Shown here one piece after another: positions 1-11,870 of a DNA stretch of 64,000 bases (positions are counted from its first letter, which is position 1; each line of letters begins with the position of its first letter). The notes beneath the pieces were generated by a model that saw nothing but the letters and a program-made list of their open reading frames with translations, was not told where the DNA came from and searched no databases. Origin of the DNA: Octopus vulgaris (taxonomy: Eukaryota); assembly GCA_951406725.2 (NCBI GenBank), contig OX597824.1:3906001-3970000 (forward strand), read 5' to 3'. A program made the translations under genes and the position numbers.

Positions 1-1124
1 ATCCTAGAAACTGAGAACAAGTATCTTCTCCAGAATCAAGCACATATAAAAAAAACTATAAAAATTTACATATTCTTTCTTTTCCTATAAATAGACAATA
101 GGGGGAGTACAAATGATTGATGTATTACTGGTATTTATTGGCACACAATTGCAGAGAGGTGAGAGACAAAGTCACCTTGAACTGAACTTGAGATGGTTAG
201 ACCTCAGAACAGTATTGAAATTAGACACAGAAAAATGTTGATTATGCCACCCTAATATCTTAGCCATCTCCATTCTCTTTTTAGCCTATTGTGTTATATT
301 ATCAGAATGGTATTGATTTCTTGTGTACAGCATTTCATATTTATACAGAGAAGAGAATGGAAACTGTGTGATTTTCTGAAGAGCATTAAGGCTGTTTAGT
401 GAAATGAAATGCTGCCTGCAACTGGGAATCAAGCCAGGTCAGAGCTGCACCTTGCTAGGAATATAGTTATCTCTACTACACACAGCTTGTATTATATATT
501 GAATGTTGTAACATTGCTGGTTATTGGCTCTTATCAAACTGCTTATTGGTTATTGGCTATTGTCATTAAGATGCTTATTGATTATTGATTATTGTAAAGC
601 TTTTGATTGATTATTGCTAAGTTTAGGTGTTGGTTATATTGATAAGTTTATTGATTATTTCCAAGTCATATTGATTCGATCAATGGTTTATGATGTTGAT
701 TTTTTCTTTTTTTTCTTTTTTTTGATTTGGCCTTACAATGGTTGTGCAGCTAATGATGCTGTTGATTATCAAAGTATTGATTATTTTTGAATTGGTGCAA
801 TGGTTGTGTGATTAAGGAAGTTGAACCATTGATAACATGGTTCTACGTTCAGATCTTTAGTAATGTTATTGTACTGAGTGACTCCAATGAAGCTCCTGAC
901 ACACAGCTTGGGTTTGCTGATCTGGAAAAAGAGGCAGGTTCCTTTCCCAAACACGTTTTATGGGGCTTGGCAAAAAAAAAAAAAAGGAAAAGGGCAATGT
1001 CTATGACTTTTGTAGGGTCACAGAGGATAGTGGGGATAGGGATAAGGGAAGGAAGAAATAAGGATTTAGGGTCACTGCAGTAGGAAGAAGAATATTAAGA
1101 AAGTTGAGAAGACCTGACAAGTCA

Positions 1125-1306
1125 AGCAAGCTGGCAGAAACGTTAGCATGCAGGGTGAAATGCTTATCAGACTTTGCCTTTCATCCTTTCGAGGTCAATA
1201 AATTAAGTACCAGTTATGCACTGGGGTCGATGTAATCGACTTAATTCCTTTGTCTGTCCTTGTTTGTCCCCTCTATGTTTAGCCCCTTTTGGGTAATAAA
1301 GAAATA
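1125..1306 (+). mobile_element. SINE family C copy (internally deleted), inserted in the 5' part of a family A element
   Basis: GCTGGCAGAAACGTTAGCA head plus GACTTTGCCTTTCATCCTTTCGAGGTCAATAAATTAAGTACCAG core plus TAATAAAGAAATA tail; near-identical to 3445-3680. Confidence 0.8.
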
Positions 1307-1933
1307 AGTGAGACCATAGTCCATGGCCTATGCCAGTGGTGTATAACCAGCCCACTTATGAATACCCCTCATTCATTGGACAATAAACTTTGCTGGCGAA
1401 GACCTATTGAGGCAAGTGAAATCAAAATCAAAATCGCTGACATGGCCGATGACAGTACCGCCTGATTGGCACTCTTGCCAGTGGAACGTTGAAAACACAT
1501 CTGAGCGTGATCGTTGCCAGGGCCACAGATTGGCTCCCATGCCAGTGGCACATAAAAAGTACCATTCAAGCATGATCGTTGCCGGTGTCATCCTACTGGC
1601 ACATGAGCCGGAAGCATGTGAAAAACAACATTTGAGTGTGGTCGTTGCCAGTGCCCCCAGACTGGCTCCCATGCAGGTAGTACATAAAAAATACCTTTTG
1701 AGCATGATCGTTGCCAGTACTACCTGACTGACCCTCAGGCTGGTGGCACATAAAAGCAACCACTGCACTCTTGGAGTGGTTGTTGTTAGGAAGAGCATCC
1801 AGCTGTAGAAACTTTGCCAGATGAGATTGGAGCCTGGTGCAGCCATCTGGCTCGCCAGTCCTCAGTCAAACTGTCCAACCCATGCCAGCATGGAAAGCGG
1901 ACGTTAAATGATGATGATGATGATGATGGTGAT
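1307..1933 (+). mobile_element. SINE-like family A (internal ~50-60 bp repeats, RTE-type 3' tail, (GAT)n end)
   Basis: Repeated GTGGCACATAAAAAG..CATT..GAGC..GATCGTTGCCAG units, then GGTT..GTTAGGAAGAGCATCCAGCTGTAGAAAC...CCAACCCATGCCAGCATGGAAAGCGGACGTTAAATGATGAT; more than 10 other copies in the window. Confidence 0.8.
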
Positions 1934-2423
1934 GGAATTGTCTTTGCCAGAGAGGAAACTTGCTTCAAATACTGGATTTCACTAAAGGAACCCAAGGTCC
2001 AGATGCTGAAGTGATATCAGGTAATGAATGCATTAAATTTCTAGCCAAACTACAGATAGAGTCCATTTGATGGGCTTCCTCACAGTTTCTGTCAACCAAG
2101 TTTTATTGAAAATGCTAAAGTTGATCCAGGATGCTGGGCAGCATGAAATTGAACCTGTAGCTATACAATCACAAAGAAAACATCTCAACCACACAACTAT
2201 GCCTGCATCCATGAACCAGTTAAGTGATTAGTGTTGGGAAGGATATTACAGCCGTCAAATAAGAAGCCTTCTGACCAGAACAGAAGTATGGCAAAATGGA
2301 CGTCAAAGTCTGAAAGCATAGCTACAAGGACAGATTATGGAGAGGCAGTGTTGAGGTTGATTAAAAAGTACTGAGTCTAATGCCCTGTACTCACTATAAC
2401 GAGAGGTATTCAGCAAGCTGAAT

Positions 2424-2565
2424 TATCATCCTCATTATCATCGTCATCATCATCATTGTTGTCGTCATCGTCATCATCATCGTCGTCGTCGTCATCATCA
2501 TCATCATCGTCATCATCATCATCATCATCATCGTCGTCATCATCATCATCATAATCATCATCATC
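2424..2565. repeat. (CAT/CGT)n trinucleotide repeat, tail of a degenerate minus-strand family A copy
   Basis: Direct reading; followed by TTCCATGCTGGCATGGGTTGGAC. Confidence 0.9.
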
Positions 2566-3272
2566 TAATGTCTGTTTTCCATGCTGGCATGGGTTGGACA
2601 GGTCAGAAGACTGTCAAGCATAACTGTCTGATCTGGCATGGTTTCTATGGCTGGATGTCCTTCCTAACGCCAACCTCATTACAGAGTGTACTGGATGCTT
2701 CCATTTTCATTCCTTCAGCCTTTTTTTACTATTTCACTCTTTTACCTGTTTCGGTCATCGGTGCCAAGCAAGGGCACCACCTTGAGATGTTTTAGTGGAC
2801 CATGATAACCTTTAGTACTTATTTTTTGATATGGTACTTACCAAAATCTTTTTGTTGAACCCAATGCACTGAAATGAAGTCTGAATATTGAAAATATACT
2901 CAGGGTTTCAATGAAACTCAGTGCACTACAAATTACTCAGTAAATTGAATTGTGTTCAGTATTAAAATATACTCAGTCTATGGACCTGTTCTTGGTAGAT
3001 TAAAATATTCTCAGTTTTGTTTTCTTGTTTTCTAAAAAATATAAATTCTTTCATATCCACAATAAATTCCTTCTACAGCTACACTGAACACACATACACA
3101 CACACACACACACACATGCATGCCCGCACATGCATACACACACATTACTAACATAAATATCAGATGTTTATTCATCACAACAAAAACACACCCTAACCAT
3201 TCATTAAAAACACATCTATTTACAATAGGTATTTCACAGTTAACACCACACCCATACACATTCATAAAGAAA

Positions 3273-3311
<39 letters not shown>

Positions 3312-3370
3312 CACATACGTTTTTATAACCACCAGCAAAATAACAAACATCCCTTCCAGGTTTAAACAGA

Positions 3371-3968
3371 AGGCACAAGAATGGCTGCATGGTAAGAACT
3401 TTGCTTCCCGACTATACAGTTCAGGCTCACAAGGTGGCAAGCTGGTTAAGGCAGTGAGCTGGCAGAACCATTAGCATGCCGGGCGAAATGCTTAGCGATA
3501 TTTCGTCTGCCATTATGTTCTGAGTTCAAATTCCACCGAGGTCGACTTTGCCTTTCATCCTTTCGAGGTCGATAAATTAAGTACCAGTTACGCACTGGGG
3601 TCGATGTAATCGACTTAATTCATTTGTCTGTCCTTGTTTGTCCCCTCTATGTTTAGCCCCTTGTGGGTAATAAAGAAACATATACAGTTCAGGCTCGCTG
3701 TGTGGAACTTTGGGCAAGTGTCTTCTACAATATATATGTCTGTGTTTGTGTGTGTGTGTTTGTGTCTGTTTGTCCACCACCACCATCACCTGACAAGTGG
3801 TGTTGGTGTGTCTATATTCTGGTGACTTAGCAGTTTGGCAAAAGAGACCAATAATTACCAGACTTAACAAAACAAAAAATAAGTCCTGGGCTCCATTCAC
3901 TCAACCAAAATTCTTCAAGGTGTTGCCCCAGCATGGTCACAGTCTAAAGACTGAAACAAGTAAAAGAT
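3371..3968 (+). mobile_element. tRNA-headed SINE family B, interrupted by a family C SINE
   Basis: ATGGCTGCATGGTAAG head, TTTGGGCAAGTGTCTTCTAC core, CAGCATGGTCACAGTC..GACTGAAACAAGTAAAAGA tail. Confidence 0.75.
3429..3680 (+). mobile_element. SINE family C with 16-bp target-site duplication
   Basis: TATACAGTTCAGGCTC duplicated at 3413-3428 and 3681-3696; tRNA-like head with GAGTTCAAATTCC box B. Confidence 0.9.
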
Positions 3969-4024
3969 AATGGCATACCGATACCTGTCAACAAAACAGA
4001 ATTCTAAAGAAATACAAACTGCCA

Positions 4025-4308
4025 CTGCACCGGTCGGCTGCACCGGTTGGCTGCACCGGTCGGCTGCACCGGTTGGCTGCACCGGTCGGCTGCACTGGTC
4101 GGCTGCACCGGTCGGCTGCACCGGTCAGCTGTGTCAGTCAGCTGCACCAGTCAGCTACACCAGTTGGCTGCACCAGTCAGCTGCACCAGTGGGGTGCACC
4201 AGTTAGTTGCACCTGTGGGATGCACCAGTAAGCTGGACCTGTGGGATGCACCAGTTAGCTGCACCTGTGGGATGCACCAGTCAGCTGTGCCTGTTGGCTG
4301 CACCAGTT
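4025..4308. repeat. 13-bp minisatellite (GCTGCACCGGTCG), ~22 units
   Basis: Direct reading; units decay from left to right. Confidence 0.9.
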
Positions 4309-4389
4309 CCTGGCTGCCATGCTTTAGACTAAAGACATGTAGTGTGCACCAGTCAGATCTTCGTTTTCATGCCGAATGGTGGAATGCAT

Positions 4390-5068
4390 AGCCCAGAGAC
4401 CATAAACCATTGTCTCATGCCCAGTGACAATGGTCTTCATGATGTCTGAGCTATGGTTTGAACTATCCAACATGATCAGAATGATTTCCATGTAGCATTG
4501 CTTTTGCTGTTCTGCCTTGGGGATGAATTTCCCCAACACTCCACATGCACAAATCTTCTCTTAAAATGGAATGCAACAATCCCTGTGCTTAATCTCACTT
4601 CATGAGGAATTTCCTGGATTCTTACACAATGGTCTTCCATTCCTATATACCGAACCATCTCAGTCTGCTCCTCATTTCAGCTTCTGTGCCTGAAAAAGCC
4701 TTGCTCTCCATTGATCTGCAACCTATTTGAAGCAATTGTACCACTCTTTGATCTGAGTTTTACCCATGGCACCATCACCAAATGCCTGCTGAATCTTCTG
4801 GATGGTTTGAGTCTGGGAATCACGAAAAGTTTTGGTGAAACTTGATGCAATCTCTCTACTCGATGCATTTGGTGAAAATTAAAATCCAACGAGTGCTCAC
4901 TACTCATCGGTACGCTAGGCACATAACTGCCAGGAACTGTCAAGTCTTTTTGCCATAAAGTTTTCTCACATACACTGGAAGGGTCGTGCCACTTCCCATC
5001 CAAAAGATTTTGCTCGTGTAACATTAGTGGGAAAAAATAAAGTTGGATACTTTATGAATGCACCTCAC
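4390..5068 (-). mobile_element. Truncated, frameshifted mariner transposon (5' TIR plus N-terminal transposase)
   Basis: Translated fragments ETIQKIQQAFGDGAMGKTQIKEWYNCFK-like, MEDHCVRIQEIPHEVRLSTG, KFIPK..EQQKQ..IMKTIVTGHETMVYG (decayed TGDETWVY); TIR-like GAGGTGCATTCATAAAGTATCCAACT at ~5041-5066. Confidence 0.85.
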
Positions 5069-6115
5069 ATGCGCACATGCATGCGTGTGTGTATATATAT
5101 ATATATATATACATACATATATATATATATATATATATGCACAATTATTCAAATGTCAATGATTTTGCTGCAACAACTGGCAAATATTTTATAATTACTC
5201 GCATGCAATAACATTGTTCAAACGTAAATAATCCTCAGAGCTCGTCCAAGCTTTCAGCATTGTCATTTTCTTCACATAAGAATATAGCATTTGAAGCATC
5301 AAGAATTATTAACACTCGGCGCTGTAGGGTTAATATAATTTATTGCCGTTTCTATCTCATTGCTGGAAAATAACGAGCATTCGTAGATTCTTGTTTCTTT
5401 CCGTCTCATTGTGAAATCCTAACTCTGGCAATAATTACCTCAAGACTGGAAACGTTATTGTTTCTTTGTTATGTCACCAGTTGGGTGAACATCAATAAAT
5501 TACATGTCCATAATATGGCGCTGTGTCTTGTATTTAATATGAGCATCACTGGTTCAATATTAATCAGGCAATAACTTTCTATTAATGATATATAAATGTG
5601 TTTATGGCATTAGTCCTATGGCAGGGTTCTAATCGAAACCCCTTTTCCGATTAAAGAGTTACTAATAATTATTCAGAACTTCATTTTTATATTACATATG
5701 TAGTTGTTATTGTTGTTGTTGTTGTTGGTTTACATTGATAATATGGTCTTATGATCAAAGGCATTCCAGCTGTGACCATCCAATCACTGTGTCAATCAAA
5801 ATCTAAAGCTTCGTTATTAATTTGTCCATTTTTTAATTATTATTTGGGAGGTGTGATTTGAGGAAAATTTGGTTGCTTTGTCTCGCAGGTTAATCAGCTG
5901 TATTGTGGCTCCCTCATTGGCTCAGAATGGTTTTTATGAATGTAATCATTTACAAGTAAAAGGTTTATACCATCACCTTCATGAATTGTGGTCCTCGTCA
6001 TGGCTGCCATTATCGTCATGGCGACTGTCACTGTTACCATTGCTGTTGTTATTGACATCGTTTTCATCCTTATCATAAACATTCTCTTCCACCTCTGCTA
6101 ACACCACATTATCAT

Positions 6116-6245
6116 CAACATCATCATCATCATCACCACCACCACCACCACCACCACCACCACCACCACCACCACCACCACCACCACCACCACCATCACC
6201 ACCACCACCATCATCATCATCACTATCATCATCATCACCACCATC
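6116..6245. repeat. (CAT)/(CAC)n repeat
   Basis: Direct reading. Confidence 0.9.
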
Positions 6246-6640
6246 GTTTTAACATTCACCTTTACTCAGAGTTTCCCATTTCTGTTCATCAGACAGTTTT
6301 GTTAAAATGGATCAGAAGTGGCAATATAATCAAAACTAGTCAAAGGATTCACCTTTAAAAAAGGAATTGTTTCATTGGTCCTTTCAATTAACGGTCTTAA
6401 GCATGCAATGAACAAAATAAATGAATTCAATATAAATTCATCCTCTTGTAAAATCGAAGAAAACCTTAAATCGAAGAGTGGATTCAAAATACATATTTTA
6501 AGTAATTATACACGAAATATAATTCATTTAATACATTAAAATTAAAATTAAAATTTTCATGCTGCATTACATAAATATTTTACAACAGTATAGACCATCT
6601 ATAATATACATATATACATCATTTATGAGCTTATTCTGGT

Positions 6641-6674
<34 letters not shown>

Positions 6675-6677
<3 letters not shown>

Positions 6678-7051
6678 CCGGTGGCATGTAAAAAGCACCA
6701 TCCGTTTGTGGCCGTTGCCAGCGCTGCCCCATCTGGCCTACGTGCCGGTGGCATGTAAAAACACCATCCGTTTGTGTCCGTTGCCAGCCTTGCCTGGCCC
6801 CCGTGCAGGTGGTACGTAAAAGCACCATCCGTTCATGGCCGTTTGCCAGCTCCGTCTGGCTCCTGTGCGGGTGGCACATAAAAAGCACCCACTACATTCG
6901 CGGAGTGGTTGGTGTTAGGAAGGGCATCCAGCTGTAGAAACACTTCCAGATCAGACTGGGCCTGATGCAGCCTTCTGGCTTCACAGACCCCAGTTGAACT
7001 GTCCAACCCATGCTAGCATGGAAAACGGACGCTAAATGATGATGATGATGA
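6675..7051 (+). mobile_element. SINE-like family A
   Basis: 4 internal GTGGCA.GTAAAAAGCACC units plus AGGAAGGGCATCCAGCTGTAGAAAC tail plus (GAT)n. Confidence 0.85.
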
Positions 7052-7315
7052 TATATATATATATACACACACATATATACACACACGTACATATGTGTGT
7101 GTATGTGTATGCATGGGTATATATAATATAAATATATAGTTAAAAAATTAAAGGGTGTTATAAAAAAAAATCTTTATATATAAACAGGGGTTTTTAGAAC
7201 CATTTCATTTCTTCCTGGCTCTCCTGTCTAACTACCTCTGTCCAACCAGCCACCATGATTGACCACTAGCCCCTAAAGCTTTTTTTATTCTCTCTCTGTT
7301 TATTTCCTCATGTTC

Positions 7316-7351
7316 CTTTCTGTTGAAGAGTGCAGGCTTGAAACATAAAAG
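7316..7351 (+). ncRNA. Degenerate minimal type I hammerhead ribozyme in a Penelope-like pLTR fragment (~7210-7445, ends at (TA)n)
   Basis: CTTT-CTGTTGA-A-GAG(TGCAGG)CTT-GAAACATA-AAAG; stem I CTTT/AAAG; related 3' half GAGTGTAGGCTCGAAACGTAAAAG at 41401-41424. Confidence 0.5.
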
Positions 7352-7443
7352 ACTTTCTCACCTTCCCAAGTGTTAAACTAATACACCTGTTTATCGTTTA
7401 TACACCTGTCTTCTTCTTTTGTTGTTCTGTAAATTCCAACTAC

Positions 7444-7488
<45 letters not shown>

Positions 7489-7662
7489 CCAGTATGTAAT
7501 TCCTCACGAAGAATCTAATTTTTATTTTATGAAGAGTTTTTAATTTTTGTCTTTGGAACTAATTAGGTTCCGAAACAATTTGTAGAATGGATATTGGTTC
7601 TGTACCAACTTGGAGTATGAATTAAAGTTTGTCTACACTTACAATTTTTCCTTTCCTTAAAC

Positions 7663-7664
<2 letters not shown>

Positions 7665-7697
<33 letters not shown>

Positions 7698-8105
7698 TTA
7701 GCATCCACTTTCCATGCTAGCACGGGTTGGATGGTTCAACTGGGGTCTGGGAAGCCAGGGGCTGCACCAGGCTCCAGTCTGATCTGGCAGTGTTTCTACA
7801 GCTGGATGCCCTTCCTAACGCCAACCACTCTTCGAGTGTAGTGGGTGCTTTTTACGTGCCACCTGCACAGGTGCCAGGGGGGTCTGGCATTGGCCACGAT
7901 TGGTTGGTATTTTTAACGTGCCACCGACACGGAAGCCAGCCAAGGCGGAGCTGGCATCAGCCACGTTCGGATGGTGCTTTTTATGTGCCACCAGCACAGA
8001 AGCCAGTTGAGGCGGGGCTGGCATCAGCCATGTTCGGATGGTGCTTTTTATGTGCCACCAGCACAGGTATCACAACTACTATTTCCATTGATATTTGTTT
8101 CGATG
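7665..8105 (-). mobile_element. SINE-like family A
   Basis: (CAT)n plus TTCCATGCTAGCACGGGTTGGA...GCTGGATGCCCTTCCTAACGCCAACC plus internal repeats. Confidence 0.85.
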
Positions 8106-8134
8106 TTCATGTACATGCACTATATATATATATC

Positions 8135-8213
<79 letters not shown>

Positions 8214-8216
8214 CGT

Positions 8217-8269
<53 letters not shown>

Positions 8270-8397
8270 TTATGTATGTATGTATGTATGTATGTATGTA
8301 TGTACGTATGTAGGCAATCATAGGCAAATGAACATCGGCACGTGCGTGCTCGCAGATTTGTATGTAAGTATGCATATATATATATATATACATACAT

Positions 8398-8433
<36 letters not shown>

Positions 8434-8659
8434 TTCATCATCATCATTTAGCATCCATTTTCCATGCTGTCATGGGTTGAATTTTTGACTGGGTCTAGCA
8501 ACCTGTAAGCCTGTGTTGTGTTCCAATGTCAGTTTTGGTATGGTTTTAATAGTTGGAAGCCCTTCCAAGCATGAATCACTTCATAGAATGTACTGGGTGT
8601 TTTCGCAAACCACCAGCACTGGTGCGTTGAGTAACTTTCAAGGTAAGAACAGAGAGGAA

Positions 8660-9310
8660 CAGGAAGAAGGACAAGCTTCCTCGACTATAAGGGGTTGGGT
8701 GGATGGGTGGGTGTAGTATTTGATGGAGGGGAGGGGCAATGGTGATGAGAGGTTTGAGGGCGATGGAAGAACCAGGCCAGATGGCTTGCAATAGAGATGC
8801 AAGGCTGAGGAGTTTGGAAAGGTGGAGAGAAGAGAGCGGTGATCGTGGGATGCAGGAGGATCTCAAGATACATTAGATCACAAGATGAGGGATAGAGGGG
8901 GAAGATGGGGGTTAAAGATGTGTGTAGCAAGTGGTGGTGAGAGATATAGGAATGGCTCAGAGGGGACCGGGCAAGTGTGGTGTGATGGTAGATGTGAGAG
9001 GGTCTTTAGGGTGATAGCAGGTAAGAGAGGTGTTAAGAATGGAATACAATAGGGGAGAGAGGGGGAGAGAGAGGGGAGAGGGGGAGAGAGAGGGGGAGAG
9101 AGAGAAGGAGTAATGGCTGAAGGCAGAAAAGGAGGTGATGAGTGGAAATTGTGTGGGCATGGAGGATAATGAGGAATGGAGTTGGTTGTGAGAAAGGGAG
9201 ATGTCATATGTCCCAAAAAGCTGGTTCGTTTCCTTTCCAGATCCACTGGTTGATCTTGAAAAGGGCATGCTCACACAAACGTGGATCATACAGCCATTCT
9301 ATCAAATGCC
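8660..9310 (-). mobile_element. Possible decayed Penelope-like 3' end with pyrimidine-rich tail
   Basis: Strong purine skew on the + strand; minus-strand DLERKRTSFLG..SP faintly resembles a GIY-YIG C-terminus. Confidence 0.3.
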
Positions 9311-9876
9311 TGTCATGTTTAAGTGAGAAACATTTTATCCTGTTTGAAAACAAAATTGTCTTAAACTGAAAATCTGAACTAATGAACCGTTGCAGACACT
9401 GTTTAAAGTTTATGATTTTGAAACCTTTGTCACTGAACGATTAATGTAGATCACCATTTCTCACTACAGTATAAGTCTTGCTGTTTTTATTACTCCTTTG
9501 AATATGGTGGATGTTTTTAAATATTGGAACAAGCTTTGGTTCCTCCCAAGCCATTCCATTCAATCTTTATATAATTCTATTTGAGATTTTATTTTTACCA
9601 TTTGCTTTTTCTTTTTCATATGGCCTTTCATCACCCAGGTTATAGGTTATATAAATGTTACTACATTATCCTATTATATTATAACTCCTTTTTAAGGTTA
9701 TCACTCCAACTCTGACCTGATTGATACCCCCACCCCTCATCCTCAAGTACTTTTTCCATGTCCTTAACTATTTTGAAAATAGATTTTGTTTGTTGTATTT
9801 TGATATGTTTTTCCTACTAAATTAGTAAATTACTATTTGTAAATCTCACAACGAGACATATTCAGCAACAGTACTT

Positions 9877-10164
9877 TGGAGTTAAGATTGTTTGCCAACA
9901 TAACATGGCAGTCCTGGTTTAGGATGAATGTTGCTGTAATTTAGCCCCAGGAGACATCGTCTTCATCTGGCTATATGACATGATTTGTGTCCTTATATTT
10001 TCAAACAAGAGAATCTAGTTTTGAGCTGAGTGGGGGTGCTAGATTCCCTTGTTTGAAAATATAAGGACAGAGATCGTGTCATATAGCCAGATGGGACTAA
10101 ATTACAGCAACATTCGTCCTAAACCAGGACTGCCATGTTATGTTGACAAACAATCTTTACTCCA
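9877..10164. mobile_element. Foldback / palindromic MITE
   Basis: 9877-10018 pairs with 10039-10164 (about 125 bp, few mismatches, one ~15-nt bulge), 20-nt loop. Confidence 0.85.
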
Positions 10165-10189
10165 TGTTTTTCTACATTTCATTTTTTTC

Positions 10190-10578
10190 CCTTTTACTTG
10201 TTTCAGTCATTTGATTGCAGCACCGCCTTTAGTCTAACAAATTAACTCCAGGACTTATTTGTTGTAAGCCTAGTACTTATTCTATCGATCTTATTTGCTG
10301 AGCTGCTAAGTTACAGAGGTGTAAACACACCAACAATGGTTGTCAAGCGATGGTTGGGTGACAAACAGATACAGAAATACATACATACATATAAATATAT
10401 ATATACATATATATATGATGGGCTTCTTTCAGTTTCTGTCTACCAAATCCACTCACAAGGCTTTGGTCGGCCCAAGATTTTAGTAGAAGACACTTGCCCA
10501 AGGTGCCACACAGTGGGACTGAACCCAGAACAAAGTGGCTGGGAAGCAAGCTTCTTACCACACAGCCACTCCAGCACC
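10190..10578 (-). mobile_element. tRNA-headed SINE family B
   Basis: Reverse complement of the 32467-32884 consensus. Confidence 0.85.
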
Positions 10579-11184
10579 TATGTTAATTGTTTTTTTGTCC
10601 CCTTCACAACCTGTAAGTAAAATAATACCTTTTGGTCCCTATCTAATGCTTTTTAATTATTCCAACCTCCAATCATCTCTCATGCACTAGCTCAGGAATG
10701 AAATTTATTCAGGGAGTGCAAACCCAGGCCCCAAAATTTTTACAAATAAGGTCATGTTTTTTTTAATTTATTTATTTATGTTTTTCCTTCTTAGAGAAGA
10801 AACCTAATTCAAGCTACTTTTTACAAACCACTTTTTACTCACTGTTTTCTAAACCTTAGAAAAATAAGTAGGGGTACAAAGGTGGATTGTTCATCTCCTG
10901 TGCCCCCTGTTCCCAGGCCCATGCTCCCATGTACATATGTACATATGTATTGCCTCTGCTTCTATCTTACACACAAACTATCAATGCTTCCGGACTTGTC
11001 TTTTCCTCTTTCTTCCCCCTGCTTTTCTATGGACCCTTATCGCTTTCCTATTGACCCTTCTTGCTTGCCACAGACCCTTCCCATGCCTTCTTCCTTAGAG
11101 AAAACGTGTATATTCCTTTATTTATCTATTTATCAACTTGTTTTTGTAATACTCATTCATACTTAAAATAAATCTTACTTTAGA

Positions 11185-11346
11185 GGTGCAACAATGGCTG
11201 AGTGGTTAAGAAGCTGACTTTGCAACCACATGATTTCATGTTCAATCTCATCATGTGTATGGCACCTTGGGCAAGTGTCTTCTATTATAACTCCACACCA
11301 ACCAATACCTGGTGAATGAATTTGGTGGATAGAAACTGTATGGGAG

Positions 11347-11382
<36 letters not shown>

Positions 11383-11870
11383 GTTTAACATCCACTTTCC
11401 ATGCTGGCATGGGTTGGAGGGTTTGACTGAGGACTGGCAAGCCAGGAGGCTGTACCAGGCTCCAATATGATCTGGCAAGGTTTCTACAGCTAGATCTCTT
11501 CCTAACAAACCAACTCTGAGAGTGTAGTGGGTGCTTTTTACATGCGACTGGCGCAGGAGCCAGTCAGGCGGCACTGGCATCAACTACACTCAAATGGTAC
11601 TTCTACATGCTGCCAGCACGAGTCAGGTGGCACTGGCACATGTGTGTTTGTGTTTGTCTCCCACCACCACCACCACCACCACCACCACTTAACAGCCAGT
11701 GTTGGTTTCTTTACAATCCCCATCACTTAGCAGCTCAACAAAAGAGCCTGACAAAATAAGTAGCAGCCTTAACTATAAATACTGTGTTTGATTTTTTCTA
11801 CAATAAAACCCTTCAATGCAGTGCTCCAGCATGGTCACAGTCCAATGGCTGAAACAAACAAATGATAAGA
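11185..11870 (+). mobile_element. SINE family B with nested minus-strand family A copy (11350-11640)
   Basis: B head and core at 11185-11348, A element, then B tail resumes at ~11640. Confidence 0.75.

Noticed and set aside
780-940. Exon-like island with acceptors on both strands
   Set aside because: No way to choose strand or frame; weak donor on the plus strand and no linked exon
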